A stretch of 53,741 nucleotides of DNA, the filler included, from Sphacelaria rigidula (lineage: Eukaryota), in the NCBI GenBank assembly GCA_964200075.2. It is 5 parts of 5 records of this genome, joined end to end, with 100 filler letters (N's around TTAATTAATTAA, not from the genome) between each part and the next. Parts side by side here need not be neighbours in the genome. Positions count along the whole stretch, not along the records: positions 21,539 to 32,207 come from CAXNAA020006112.1; positions 32,308 to 42,975 come from CAXNAA020006113.1; 3 more parts are not named here. One strand, written 5' to 3'. Position 1 is the first letter of the stretch; every line of letters begins with the position of its first letter. The notes under the pieces are model-generated. The model saw only the letters and a program-made list of their open reading frames with translations, searched no databases and had not been told where the DNA came from. Shown here piece by piece: positions 24,504-37,416 of the stretch. The position numbers and the translations under genes were made by a program.

Positions 24504-26926
24504 TGGAATAAGTTGTAACAGCAAGAGACATGAAAACGAAGGTTGTCACAAGCAACAGACATACAGTGTCTGTCACCAGCGCAACAGCGCCTTAACAAAC
24601 CTGTATGGCACGAAGGAATAGACGTGTGGGATGCAGCGAATAGCAACGTCAAACCGCTCAGTTCTATTTTGAGAACACTTTGAGGCTGAGAAAAAAAAAT
24701 ACCTGCCGGATGCCGTGTTTCCAGAGACAATACCAGCGCAGCTGGCAATACTTATTACAGTACCGCGTAGTTCGCTGTGAATAGCCGAGTCGGGGGTCAA
24801 TGACGTATCCTCGTGCAGGTAAACAGTCAATAAATGTACAAGCGCAACCGTAATACAAGTTTGTAGTGCAGTACAACAGCAGCGTACAAAGCACCAGACA
24901 GCAAAATGCTGTGTGGCACAGTACAGTATATATGATCTTCGCGTGGCGCAGCGGGGGTGGTCGGCAGTGCAGTACGATGTCAATTTGTTCGTATCACATG
25001 AAGAAAATCCGACACAACGTTATACCCGCGTTGTGTTCATATTTACAGTACAATATAGATGACTTCGTTCAGATGGGGCACAGTACCAACGTATACTACA
25101 GCACGGCACCTCACCGTCCGCAACATATTGCCCGCCGAGATCCTTTGGAACTCAGATGGTAATGTACTGTGGTCAGTGCTTCAGTTCGGAACAGTATTTT
25201 AACGCGAAAGGTATGCGGCCTTCTGGACGATCAAGTATGTACTGTAGTGCGTGTTGGTGGGGCGGCAATCAAACTTTAGTGTGCCCTGGTGCCGCGTGAA
25301 AGTGAAAAGGGTACAGAGTCGAGAGCTTGTGTACAAGTAACATGAGCCTTGCGACTCGCCGTATTCGATCATGCTCGTGTACATGCAACATCTTCCGTCC
25401 TGGCCCATCATGTCGCATCGATGTACTTCGGTGCGCATGGTGGATCAACGTTCCGTGTTTGGAAGAAAAATCGTCGGCGCAGCGGGCGGTGGTTGAAATA
25501 GGCCGCGTACTCGCTACCTGCAAGCATGATTCGGTGTGTGTTGAGACACATGTCGGTCGATTTGGTTGATACCGGATCAACGGACTGTGAGCAGGGGCGG
25601 TCGCGGGGTGTTCGGGGGGTGGTTGGTTGTGTAGCAAAAGAAGGCAAGCGTGTGCGCTCGTACCTGGAGCGCCTTGTGGTTCGGTCGCCATTGCCTGAGA
25701 CCAACGTGGGTACTTTATGACACATCAAAGACCTGCAGCTAACTCGAGTCAGGATGTCTGTCAAACTCCGAGTAAAAGAGAGAACAGCTATCTAAGAAGC
25801 TGTTTAATTACCTTGGTGTATTACACCGCTAAATCGGGTACACAAATATCAAGTGAAAACAAGGACCGAAAATACAGGACTTGAGGAAACAAACAAACGA
25901 AAGCTTGTGGTTGACTGATGCGTCCACAGCAGCCGACGAAAGAGAAAACCGTACAGCTTGAGGTAACAAGCTACCTCTAAAGCCCCATGAATGTCGAAGT
26001 ATTCGTTAGCAGAGCAAGCCACAACCCAAGATGGGTGAGTATGTGACGCACTGGTCCTGTTTTCGACTCGTTAACTCAAACAGTAGGGTCTCTCTCACAC
26101 AAGGCATTCGTCAACAGCAGACAGCTGTCGTTGGAAGTAAGCACCGAGCTCTTTTGGAAAAGGAAACACCAATAGAAACTAAAAGGGTTATGTTACTCGT
26201 GACTTACTCGTGTTATATAGCTCGTCACGGCTTGCCGGCAGAAGATGAGACGTCGCGCAGAGCAGATGAAAAGCTGATGGTCCTTCTTGTGATGAGTTCT
26301 ACGGTAGCTGTTTCTGGCGGTGGTTTGCAAGTGAGCATCGTAGGCGATGCTGCTCACGATTACCCTCAAAAGCTCCTAGCTACGTATACAATCTTGTCAT
26401 ATAAACACCACTCAGCGTGACGCACTGTACCTTAAGCCAATCAAAGGTGTAGTAGCAGCAGGTACACGCGGCTAATCGTGTACAATCCGGTATCTACCTT
26501 CAAGCAGCTGTGTCAACAATAAAAGGATCCAAATCCTGCCTCATACAAGGACACATTCGACTAGAATCTTTCCATACCCGCCGGTCGTTTCTAGGGACCA
26601 TCTGCATATCCACAAAGAACTAGTTTTAATTCAGGCACTCAGTCATTTACCATCACACAAGGGCACTCCTGAATAATTAGAATGTTGTTGAGGTTGAAAT
26701 TTGAAACTAAGGCCAGTGAGACTGGGGAGTCCATCAACAGCAGCGATCCATCAGTTCTTCTTCTGGCTGGCGTCACATTTTCGATATTTGGCTGATAATT
26801 CATGAGAATGTCGTCGACGCGAGTGCCCGTATATGTGTCGGAGCGTTGTCGTCGTTAATATCATTTTTGAAGGGAATTATATCAATTTCCCTGTTTTTGC
26901 TGAAACTTCAACTCGCTCTAATTTCA

Positions 26927-26945
26927 TGTGTGTGTGTGTGTGTGT

Positions 26946-26997
<52 letters not shown>
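26927..26997. repeat. (TG)n microsatellite
   Basis: Direct reading. Confidence 0.98.
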
Positions 26998-26998
<1 letters not shown>

Positions 26999-27230
26999 CC
27001 CTCCGCACCCCCAATAGGGTTGCGCGGGTTAGTGATGAAAATATCATGTCAATATTTCAGCGCCTAACTCTTCGAATTACCAATGGCATCTCCACTATTT
27101 GTTCAAAACTCACTGTCAGCTGGCCCAGCTCGTACGAGTGTGTATTATGGCAGCTGTAGGATTATTCTAAATGTTTGTGTATGGCCATCGCACCCATTAT
27201 CCTGGACGCCAGCATACACCTTCCGGAACA

Positions 27231-27439
27231 CAGCGGGCCCCCGCTGATAAGAAACGTAAAATATGGGTCGAGCCCCAATTTCTAAATTCGTCGCCACCGT
27301 CGAGCGTAAGATATTGTATAGGCTTCAGTGACGAATCTATCATCGACCTATATGTGGCTTGGGCCAATTTTCTCATCTTCCGCGGAAACTTGAGCATTTT
27401 TTCCTTGTGGGAATTTTTGTTGTCAGCGGGCGCCCGCTG
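27231..27439. mobile_element. Small MITE, Tc1/mariner-like
   Basis: TIR CAGCGGGC(C/G)CCCGCTGA(T/C)AA at both ends; TA on the right flank, CA on the left. Confidence 0.7.
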
Positions 27440-27541
27440 TACGTAATATGGTGGATATGGTTGTGTGTGTGTGGGTGCATCGACCGGGGTCACACAGAAG
27501 GAAGGTCAACACATAAGTTATGTTTTGTACTATTATTGGTA

Positions 27542-27800
27542 CTGCACCTTCCTTATGCAATACTTGCCTTTACTTTCACCACGAGCATGAGGGTCCGGCG
27601 GTCCCCACTTTCCCTCGTCGCCCGTGACGTCGAATATTGAACCGAACTTTGTGTACGCACGACATGGTCGCGCTCCAAGTGCTGTTGCTGGGCGTGGCTT
27701 GAGAAAAACGCCCAGATCGTTTGACTTCACCGACATTCGAATCCACGTCCGAACCATCAGAACGTGTTGCGATTAGCAACTGAGCCACCGGTGCGACCGG
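27542..27800 (-). mobile_element. tRNA-derived SINE family 1
   Basis: A box TGGCTCAGTTG, B box GATTCGAATG; body shared with four other copies. Confidence 0.8.
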
Positions 27801-28118
27801 CTCTGTGTAGTAGGTACGTATATTGGACGCGTGTACATCAAGAAGTGTTCAGATGCCCCCGGGATGAAACCCATATGTTCTTCGAGGCCGTTTCTTCCGG
27901 TTCGTTTCCCCCCCTCGTTTCTTGCAAATAAGGAGGGAAGAATACAAGATGGCTACCTCATAGGCAAAATATAACGATACTATTAAGTCGAAGTAGAAGC
28001 ATTGTGGATATGCAGCAATTAGGCAAATATCACATATTAAAAAATATACTTTTCATAGATATTTGTAACTGTCACATCGGCAACAGCATGACAACTTGTA
28101 ACTGTCAAAATCTGCCAC

Positions 28119-28505
28119 GTGACGTATAAACTATATCTCAGCAGTGCATATTCCAGCCGGGTGAGTTATAAACTGTACCTCAGCGATACAAAATCTGGCC
28201 TGGTGAGTTATCAAGTATAACTCCGCAATGCACATTCTGGCCGGGTGACTTGTTAACTATTATTCATCGCTGCATATCTTGGTCAGGTGGGTTACACACT
28301 ATAGCTCAGCGGTGCATATTTTGGCTGGGTGAGTTATAAAACATAACTCATCGATGCATATTTTGGTCATTCAGGTGTAAAGTACAAGTATTCTTCAGCG
28401 GTGCATATTATGGCCGGGTGAGTTACGGTAGATAATTTATCGATGCATATCTTGGCTAGGTGAGTAATATAAGAAACATCTGTGGTGCACATTCTGGCCG
28501 AGTGA
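28119..28505. repeat. 42-bp minisatellite (about 9 units, alternating A/B variants)
   Basis: Consensus GTGAGTTATAAACTATAACTCAGCGGTGCATATTCTGGCCGG. Confidence 0.9.
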
Positions 28506-29112
28506 AATGAAGATGACAAAAAAAGAATCAAAAGAGTGACCTAGAGCTCAGTTATGTGTTCTGGGTTCTGAACCAACTAATTATGTATAGATATGCACTT
28601 CTTACTTTCGAGTTCTGAGTTCTGCAAAAGCTCACGTTTACCCCCAAACTCATGTCACATACCCATATCCCTTAGTTGTGTATCCGGAGTTCGGAGATCA
28701 CCAATCTTTACCTCTCACCTCATAACACGGCAACATCACACGCGTTTGTGCTCTGAGTTCTGAGTGGTATTGAGATAGCTTGTCTTTACCCCTAAGGAAT
28801 AGCAGGAGCGGTATTGGAAAGGCGAGCCTACGTCTGTGACCAGGGGTTCGCGAGATCGGACTAATGTGCGGAAATCAAATAATAATAACCCTGCAGTTTG
28901 TGGGGGCACCCCCTTCCACACACACATCCACACCCACATCCACACGCTTGGCGCGTTCACGACGATCGTAGAGAGCTGACTTGCATGCGACACACGATGC
29001 GATCGTCTACTTTGGTATCCATCACGGACTCCAGCGGTGCTGCGGCACGTGGACCCCCCCTCCCTCCTCTCAGAAAGCAAACCATAAGAAACGGTTTTAT
29101 TTCGGTATTATA

Positions 29113-29982
29113 CAGGACTCCTTACGGTACACGTCACTCGTACGTTACACATCACAAACGTCACGTCACAACGATGTGACGTCACGTGACGTATATTTTT
29201 TGAGGACGTCATAAATGTGATGTGACGTACCGGTAAAACCATTTCAAGACGTCACAAATGTTGCGTGACTTGACATTTTTTAATAAACGTCACATCAAAG
29301 TACTTTTAAACGTTCATTGTAACGTGTAACGTATTTTATACGCCACACGCTTGCTTGTACGTTACACGTGTTTGATGTCTGAATGAACGCCCCAAGCGTT
29401 TATTGTGACGTCTGAATGAAAGTCACCAACGTCACACGCTTAACTTGTACCACAATGTGACGTGACGTAGCAGAAACAAATTGTGACGTAACGTGACGTA
29501 TCACTTTTCAAGACATCACAAATGTGACGTGACGTTGATTATTTTTCGAAACGTCACATCAACGTATTTGGAAACATTTTTTGTAACGTGTGACGTATTT
29601 TATACGTTACACGTTTTTGACGTCTAAATGAACATTACAAACGTCACCGTGAACCTCCCGTACCAAGTTACGCTACATGAATCGTTACAACGTCGTACGT
29701 AGCGTTCATTTGCCCTCAACACAGTCGAAGTGTAACGCTTTTTTTATGTTACACGTCACGAATTCAACGTATATTATACGTTACACGTTACAATAAAAGT
29801 TCCAAAATACGTTCCTATGACACATGACGTGACATCACGTATAATGTTTCAAGATGTCACAAGTGTGACGTGACGTGACGTGACGTGACGTACCGGAAGA
29901 AAAATGTGACGTGAGGTAACGTATAATTATCAAGACGTCACACTCGTGACGTAGCGTATGATGTGTAACGTAAAGAGCCCTG
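29113..29982. mobile_element. hAT-like MITE densely packed with GTGAC/GTTAC/ACGT motifs
   Basis: TIR CAGGACTCCTTACG / CGTAAAGAGCCCTG; degenerate 8-bp flanks gtattata / gcactgta. Confidence 0.75.
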
Positions 29983-30199
29983 GCACTGTATAGTCGTATG
30001 ATGTAAATCTTTTCATATAACATCTGCGGCAGTATTTTATATGCGTATATATACTCCGCGGCTTCTCACGCTACAGTACGTGTACCAACAGACGTGTCAC
30101 GTGATCACGCGTTTTCTCTTACATGAATGACTAGTGTCGACCACTGCTCTCTGCGTGTTTTCGGTCGGGTAAGATGTTCCTCATGGCTCTTTTTCCAGT

Positions 30200-30465
30200 A
30201 ACTCATCAGTGAGTTATGGCAGGATCACTCAGCAGTGCCCACTCTGGCCGGGTGAGTCATAAGCTGTGACTATAACTCAGCGGTGCCCATTCCGGCGGAG
30301 TGAGTTGCCGCGTGAGTCTTAAACTAAAACTCATCGACACATGTTGGTCAAGTGGGTTTTACAGTAATAATCAGCGGTGCACATTCCGGCCGGATGAGTT
30401 ACAGAAGATAACTCACCGATGCATACCATAGTCGAGTGAGTTGTACAGTAGAACTGAGTTCACTC
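30200..30465. repeat. Second block of the 42-bp minisatellite
   Basis: Same GTGAGTT...AACTCAGCGGTGC...GGCCGG units, more degenerate. Confidence 0.85.
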
Positions 30466-31009
30466 ATGAGGTGTCCGATGTGTGGAATATTTGAACCACG
30501 TGCAATTTTCTACTGCCTCTACTGTCCATGAGCTTATCGTAATTCGGTCGCCCACCCCAACATGCAACTCCGTCAGTGGACGCTGCCACAAAATTATATG
30601 CCCAACGTTCTGCCGACAAAAAAAAACACGTCATGCCAAGAGGGTTGTGGAGTCGGTTCCTTCTCACTGCATTGTATGTGTCCCTGTGCTCAGCTCGTGA
30701 TCTGTGCCGCAAGGTTGAGTATAGGTAGCTGCCAATGAACCATTGGGGTTTTGCGTCCCTCTGTGAAAGGGTAGTATCTGGCACGGTTGTCTGCAACATG
30801 GGAGTTACGTGTCGCTTCGTTCATCCCGCCGCTCGTTTCGCTCGAAAAGCTAAGCTCTTCTGTTTTTAACTCTGCCCGTCGCGCGCAAATAATCATAAAA
30901 TGAACTCGAAGACATCTGAAAACATGCCGTGGACGTATCTGATACGGCCTCGTAGCGATCGATTCGATTCGACCGCACGTTTTCGAGTCGAAAACAAATG
31001 ATAAGACAC

Positions 31010-31189
31010 GGCCTCAGCTGTCCCTTTCCCTCGTCGACCATCACGTCGAATAATGTGTACTTACGACATAGTCCCTCTCCACTGTTGGGCATTGTTTGAG
31101 AAAAAATCCCAGGTCGCTCAGAGATTTGAACGCGCGACCCAACCGTCACAAGGTTTCGAGGTTACCAACGGAGCCATCGGGGCGACCGG
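31010..31189 (-). mobile_element. tRNA-derived SINE family 1
   Basis: Reverse complement begins CCGGTCGCCCCGATGGCTCCGTTGGTAACCTCG and contains CGTTCAAATC. Confidence 0.8.
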
Positions 31190-31392
31190 CACCGGATGGA
31201 TAATAATTTTTGTCGATCGAAAAAGTGCTGTGAACAAGGGGGCGTATTAAACGAGATGAAGGAGCCAGCCCCCTCCGCCCCTCCCTCCTCCCTCCATCCC
31301 CCCTTGGGTGGCTTCGAGAATAAAGAAAAATAATCCCGAGAACATTACTTTTATCCGTTTTCTTTTTTTTCTTCACCAGTTTGGGGAACTGG

Positions 31393-32207
31393 GCGATTTT
31401 CGACGACAACGACGTGTCGTACCCCTCGTGGTCGCAGAACTTTCTGTTGAGTGCCCGACACAACAATCTGTATGAGGCGTTTGTTTCTGAAGCTGAAATC
31501 CCGATTGCAGATATTGGTTTCGACTTGACCCCCTGGGTAGAGAAAGGATTCAGTGTGGGTGTGGTGCGTCAGGCAGAGATGGCTTGGTGGTTTCTGTTTG
31601 ACTGCTTGAAGAAAGATAGTCTGAAAACCATGGCTAGGCATGCTGGTTCTCCCAGCAAGGCATTTCGAGTGCTCAAGGATCACTTTCTTCCTTTGAGCCA
31701 GAGTCAGATTCGTGTACAAGAGGAGAAACTGAAGTCACTCCGCATGCGTTCAAACGAGAATCCCGCAATCTTCTTTTCATCCATGAGAGAGACGCTTGGT
31801 GTTTTACAAATGCTTGAAGTCAAGAAAGATGACAGAGAGGTGTGCGGCCTGATGCTTGAGGGACTGTCGCACGAGTACAAGAATTTGCGTGAAACTCTTG
31901 TGGTGTTCTGTCCGAATGACCCATCGTTCATAGAGACTAAAGTGCGTGAGCGGTATCTAGACTTGCAGACACAAGGTGATCCGAAAAAGCACAGTAGTGT
32001 TGCTCTTATGTCTAGGACAGAGAGGAAAAGTACCAAGAAGCCGAGCAACAAGTCGAAGTCTAACATCGAATCTGATTCGTCCACGAAAAAGAAGTTTCAG
32101 GGGAAATGTTTCAAGTGTGGGGAGAAGGGTCACTTGAGGAAGGACTGCCTGGCTCGCGTGATCGCTCATCCTACCCAAACGGGGAAATCCGAGGACAACG
32201 AGGATGA
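31393..32207 (+). mobile_element. gag: Ty1/copia LTR retrotransposon gag (5'-truncated, cut by contig end)
   Basis: IFDDNDVSYPSW (FxGxxYxxW-like), copia-gag helical region (AFRVLKDHF...LKSLRM...LEGLSHEY) and CCHC knuckle CFKCGEKGHLRKDC at 32107-32148; open for ~270 codons. Confidence 0.88.
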
Positions 32208-32307
32208 NNNNNNNNNNNNNNNNNNNNNNNNNNNNNNNNNNNNNNNNNNNNTTAATTAATTAANNNNNNNNNNNNNNNNNNNNNNNNNNNNNNNNNNNNN
32301 NNNNNNN
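32208..32307. other. Artificial contig linker
   Basis: N44-TTAATTAATTAA-N44. Confidence 0.98.
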
Positions 32308-32445
32308 CTGCATTTGGATGACAGCCTACAGTGAGTTGCTTTATTCTGTGGTATCGCCACTTCCAGAGACAGTCACGGCTTATACACTGCCTCCTGGGTG
32401 TCTCACCATGGGCTGGTTTGGGGGGGGGCTATCGTAGAAAGTGTA
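32308..32445 (+). repeat. Interspersed repeat family C (contig start)
   Basis: Matches 10875-11020. Confidence 0.85.
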
Positions 32446-32977
32446 TTTTTGCATTATTATCCATTCTCCTTTTGTCTCCTATTCTCTCTCCGTCGTTTCT
32501 ACTCCTATTCCCTCTTGCTTGATATTTTTGCTGCCCATTTCCGGTTCGGTCCGTGTCTCTTTGCTTCGGCCCGCTATTCCCCCCCTCCCCGTTCCCTTCC
32601 GGGCAATTACTTTTTCGTGCTTCCCCGTTCTCCTGGTTACGCGAGGGCTACGTCTTGGACTCGTTGTTTCATTTGTTATGCCTATTCTTCATTTTACCCT
32701 TCGAACCCATATCGACATCGTATTTGTCTCTATCATCTCCCACTCCTTCCTCGTTTTCTGCTCTAGCGTAGCTCGGAAGTATTATTCCTCCCTTCCCACG
32801 TTTCCCGTTGCCAAACAGTATAGTCCTACTTCATCGCATTTCGTTTTGCACTCTATTCTCGTCGTATCGCTACGGATTCCAGATATCAGCACAATTAGTA
32901 CTCGACCCTTCCACTCTTTATTTTCTCCGCCCACCCTTCCTTACCGTGTCTCTCTCTCTTTCTCCGTCTCTTCAACG

Positions 32978-33438
32978 GTCGATCATGGAAATTGAGGATG
33001 GAGCTTTTCATTGAAGATGACAACCCGAAGGATCAAAATCTTCGTATCCGCACCAAAGCTTCGAAATATGGTTCCATTCCTTCACCTACTGGTAGCTGTT
33101 GACAACTGTTACACGCCCTACAAACTTGGGTTTCGATCACCGAAATTTTGGGGTCCTAGCTAAAGAAAAAAATTGGGGGATTTAGGTAATAATCCGATCC
33201 AATCGCCGAAATTCCCCAAAAATGTATTTTCACCCAGGACCCCAATATTTCGGTCATCGATGTGTAGTACTTGTTACCCGAATTTGTGTTGACATGTAGC
33301 GTGGTACTTGTCAGTAATAGCTACCAGTAAGTGAAGGAGTGGAACCACATTTCGAAGATTTTGTGTGGATACGAAGATTCCAGCTCTCCGGGTTCTCATC
33401 ATCAATGAAGAGATCCATCCTCAATTTCGATGATCGGC
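32978..33438. mobile_element. Foldback MITE with ~140-bp inverted arms
   Basis: CGATCATGGAAATTGAGGATGGA...CCTTCACCTACTGGTAGCT is mirrored at 33300-33436; the inner part is also palindromic. Confidence 0.85.
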
Positions 33439-34145
33439 TGCTCTCTCGAGAGTATTTTCATTCTGTTTGGTTTGAGTTTCGAAGCGGGATGTCAAGGTAC
33501 TGGGATATCCCGATCCACTGGATTTGCTGAGGGGAAAAAGAACTGTCAAGGGGGAAGAAGAGGAGGCTTCGAACTCCGGCGATGCTTGCTCTCGCGACAT
33601 CATCCAGCCAACACGGAAGTTGAGGACCCGCAGGCCTGTCCGCTGGAGGCCGCATTCCTTGCTGTTCGAGTTTTTCCCGACGACGGCCGCAATGCTGAGG
33701 TTCCTGTGCTGTTCGGTTGTTGCCGTTCGTTCTTGCATGCTATTCTTGCTCGATGAACTGAGGCATCGAATAATGCGTGTGCAAACGACGGCGTTGACTG
33801 GTGGTCGTGATGTTATTGGTGGCACTGGTGGTTTTTGTAGTACCGCAGTGTGTTGGCTGGTCGTTAGTGTGGTGGTTCCTCACGTGTATGTCCGAGATCA
33901 TAGTAAGAAGCACCGCTAGCGTGATGTCTCGTCGCATTTCCTTTTTTTCGTTCCGCCCCTTTTTCGAGTTTCCTGTAGCGAGCGTTTCTGTTTGTTCACC
34001 TTGGATGCGTATATCATATGTCACCACCACGACGTTATTCATTGTGAGTTAATCTATGTGCGGCAATCACTCAAGTGAATTGAAGCAGTTCCAATAAAGT
34101 CCAAGGCATGCAGAAACTCGTTGACAGCAGTATAACCGATAAAGC

Positions 34146-34810
34146 GGTGGTTTCGGTTGAGATTTGCATCATTTCTGTGTGGCGCGATCAATTCAAGGCA
34201 AATCCGCTGAGCAATGTGATATCGCGTTTACTCATTTACCCCTGGGTCATCGGGGAAACACTTCGACGCATGGTGTACAGTATATACCAGCAGGTGTTGG
34301 CCAAGCTGTTTCATTTGACCGATCATGCGGTGGATACTAATACTGAAAGTGGTGGTTTCGCTTGAGTTTCGCATAATTTCTGTGTAGCTCTTTTAATTCA
34401 AGGCAAGATCCGCTGAGCAACGTTATATCGCGTTTACTCAATCACCCCTGGTTCATCGAGGAGTGATGCTATGGTAGGGGGTGCACAAATATTTTCCGAG
34501 ATGAGAATTGTCAGGAGCCCTCCATCTCATCCAAAATACGGCTTATGAAATATGTGAGAGTACGCCAGGATTACTCTTCCAATGTGCTAGGGATGTCCCG
34601 AATGAATTTGCAAATGGGGATGCCCTGACCCATACATATTATTGTGTATCTAGAATCGTTAGGAGTCCCTGAACCACACACGATTTTGCGCAAAAATTGC
34701 ACCCCTCCCGTAGCATCGCTGCGAGGAAACAAGTCCACGCATGGTGTACAGTACCAGCGGGTGTTGGCCAGCCTGTTTCATTTGCCCCATCATGCGGTGG
34801 ATACTACTGT
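34146..34810. repeat. ~205-bp tandem duplication; second copy interrupted by a small TIR element (34461-34720)
   Basis: GTGGTTTCG...CCGCTGAGCAA...CATCG occurs twice; the GCATGGTGTACAGTA...GCGGTGGATACTA tail resumes after an insert bounded by AGTGATGCTATGG..GGGGTGCA / TGCACCCCTCCCGTAGCATCGCTG. Confidence 0.75.
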
Positions 34811-35768
34811 TGTACTGGAATCACATGGCCCGGCCACATTGTCCGACCCCACACGGCCTGGACAGAGCTTGTCGTCACTTTTGTGGATCTTCACCTAATC
34901 AGTGCAAAGAGGGAATAGATGCATCAACCCTTGCGATGCGGCACTTCCTGAAACTGTTGTCACTAACTCCACTGACCGTCTGCGCACACAGTCAAGAACG
35001 GTTTTAGCGCGCTGTCAAATGTTTTGAAGATATCTATAAAACCCCCACGCGATGCACGTGGTACGAGTAGATGTTTGTCACGCCGCTTTGAGGCCTTGCT
35101 AGCCACGTTGATATGTGGAGAGCGATTCCGCGCGCTTGCTTCAGAGGGGATCTCATCGCCAGTGATGGGTTTAATAAAATATTGCATGCTCGCCAGCGTT
35201 GCATGTACCCACAGGCATCTAGCCTCTTTTCGTTTTGACGACTCAAAAGAAAAATTTGATCACCATTTCGTGTTTTACACGCTTTCCGGACGGACTATTG
35301 AAAATGATCAATGTCACGGGGCAAAGAATAGTATGGCCGAGGTAACGAAACAGGACCAACGATACACGAGACACAACAACCCACGACCGACCATCGTTTA
35401 CTCCGAAGACAAGCTATCTACAAAACGTGCACACGTGAGCTTTCTGTGTGTATGTACGACCGAGAAACACAGACTTCAAAAATTAACCATAGTATAGGCT
35501 AAAACCAGCTAGCTCCGAATTCTGTCAACGCTACACAGAACCAAAATCGGGACTCAACATAGGCCACAACATACACAAAAACGCAGCGTAAAAAGAGCAG
35601 CTACCGCGGGGGGTGATAAATATGGCGAGCAGCAATCCCAGCTGCACCTCAACTCTTTCACCACCAGGATGGGTCGCCCGGGTCCTACACTCATTCTCAA
35701 GTGAAAACAATGACAACCGAACAGATTACCAACCCAGGCGGTCAAAGGGTACAGATTTAAACTCCACC

Positions 35769-35851
35769 CTACAGCAGAATATGGCCACAGCAAGCAAGAA
35801 CCGTTTTTTTGTAACCACGCACGAAGGGCTGAAGTCTGCAGCTGAAAGTGC
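35769..35851 (-). CDS. Zn-ribbon OB-fold protein, terminal exon (RTFSCRLQPFVRGYKKTVLACCGHILL*)
   Basis: gacttcag acceptor; phase 1 matches the upstream exon; resembles the last beta strands of RPA70C-type OB folds. Confidence 0.55.
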
Positions 35852-36574
35852 CTGAAGTCAAAGAAGCGTCTCAAAATGACGTTTTCTCGCGGTAACACTT
35901 TGATCGCAACGCCCCCCTTACAGGATAAACCCTCCACCCCCCTACGGTGGGATGGCTCAAGCGCCTGTGCTCACACGCCCCCGTCGAAATAACCATGCCG
36001 ATCTACCTCATCGAAATTACCAAAACACTTTTTACCACCATGGACGTCAAATACACCTAATACTAGCCCAAGCGCCACACAGACGAGCGCAGAAACGCAG
36101 AGACAGCTCCCTATTCGGAGCTTCAATCCACTACATCGCCCGCCCGCCCGAATCCAAGCTTGTCAATCAATCACTCCGACTCCGCAAGCTCGCCTTCTTT
36201 GCCACACCCCGATCGACATATGTCGCTACTACCCCCGGGTGAAGGATTCCAACACCCCTCCACCCTCTCCACCTTCGGCGACAAGTTGTTCAAATTCTGG
36301 TCTTCCTCGAACAGTACCGCGCCCACATCGCATGCGGCCGCTCTGAACCCATGCCACTCCGTCTTGCAGCTCACGCTGCCTTGAAGTCCAACTGCCTGGC
36401 GGCGGCGTCGCCCAACAACTATGTCTCCGGCAAGATGTCGAACTTCAAGGACCGTGAAACTCCATCAGGATTTTCACTCTCGTGAAATAACAAGCGTCAC
36501 TCCGTCACCCAGCGGTATGAAGCAGTGTCTCCGCGTCTACATACATATCGACGGCACGACTATTCAACGCCTAC

Positions 36575-36905
36575 GTGTCATCGCTCTTGCCGATTGAGGC
36601 TCCAAATTCCCGCCCACTCCGGGGCTGAACACGCCAGACGATCCCGCTCCCGAATCAACTGCACCCCTCGCGTTTGCTGGGGGCGAAAATTCGAACGGTT
36701 CGCGGTTGCTGCTGCCGCCAGAGCCCGCGCTGAACAGCCTCGGCTGGGGAGTCATACCAAAATCGCTTCGGTTGTGAGCGAGATCGCCGCCGCGGCCACC
36801 GGTGCTTGCTCTTCCCATTGCCGCGCCCATGGGTGGAGGCATGTCTGAGCCATCGAACGTTTGTCGACGGCTCGTGGAGTCCTTGCCAGGCGTTCGCCGT
36901 CTCAC
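36575..36905 (-). CDS. Zn-ribbon OB-fold protein, low-complexity exon
   Basis: ctag acceptor, C|gtaggc donor, GC-rich open frame. Confidence 0.55.
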
Positions 36906-37323
36906 CTAGTCGTTTTTGCGTCGAAAAAGGGTCACGGCCAGGGATGGGATAATGACACAGGCTGTCCACACAACGATAGCTGGTTCTACACTTAACTCAT
37001 CGTCGTTCGATAGTTAATGCTCGAAACAAATATGTCGAGAAACGCCTCCGAAAAACCGCCCACGGGATCTTCGAAGCCCTTGGGAAGGGTACGTATCTTG
37101 AATTTTCGGTCGCTTTCAAAATTCGGGGCCTGAACTTTCCAAGAGGGGTGCAAATCGACATTTAAAAGCCATAAATCAGCAATTTCCTTTCCTCCGATTC
37201 ATTCCGGCAGTAAGTTTTTTTTCTATTTTCAGAAATTCAAGTTAAATGGATCTCATGCCCCTTGCCCGCCGGAAAAAAAAGGAAAAATATCCCAGCCATG
37301 GCCTTCAAATGGTCGATTCGCAC

Positions 37324-37416
37324 CTCTCCTCGTAACTCCGGGTCCACAGCTATCAAACCCCCAGCGAAAAATCTCTGGTGATACTTTTGTCTATACAAGT
37401 ACATCGTGAGACCAGC
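37324..37416 (-). CDS. Zn-ribbon OB-fold protein exon (AGLTMYLYRQKYHQRFFAGGLIAVDPELRGE)
   Basis: aag acceptor, GAG|gtgcga donor, phase 0-0; resembles the G-L-x3-L...FF segment of POT1 OB3/RPA70C. Confidence 0.55.

Noticed and set aside
24210..24750. ORFs with (HT)n or (CV)n repeats; also 26833-27159 and 51217-51533
   Set aside because: These are translations of TG and TATG microsatellites
25270..26830. Possible minus-strand exons
   Set aside because: Some splice-like signals are present, but there is no phase-consistent chain or recognisable motif
27197..27493. 98-aa minus-strand ORF with exon-like boundaries
   Set aside because: It coincides almost exactly with a TIR-bounded MITE (27231-27439)
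28119..30465. CRISPR-like array
   Set aside because: Units are contiguous and degenerate with no unique spacers and no cas genes; the context is eukaryotic
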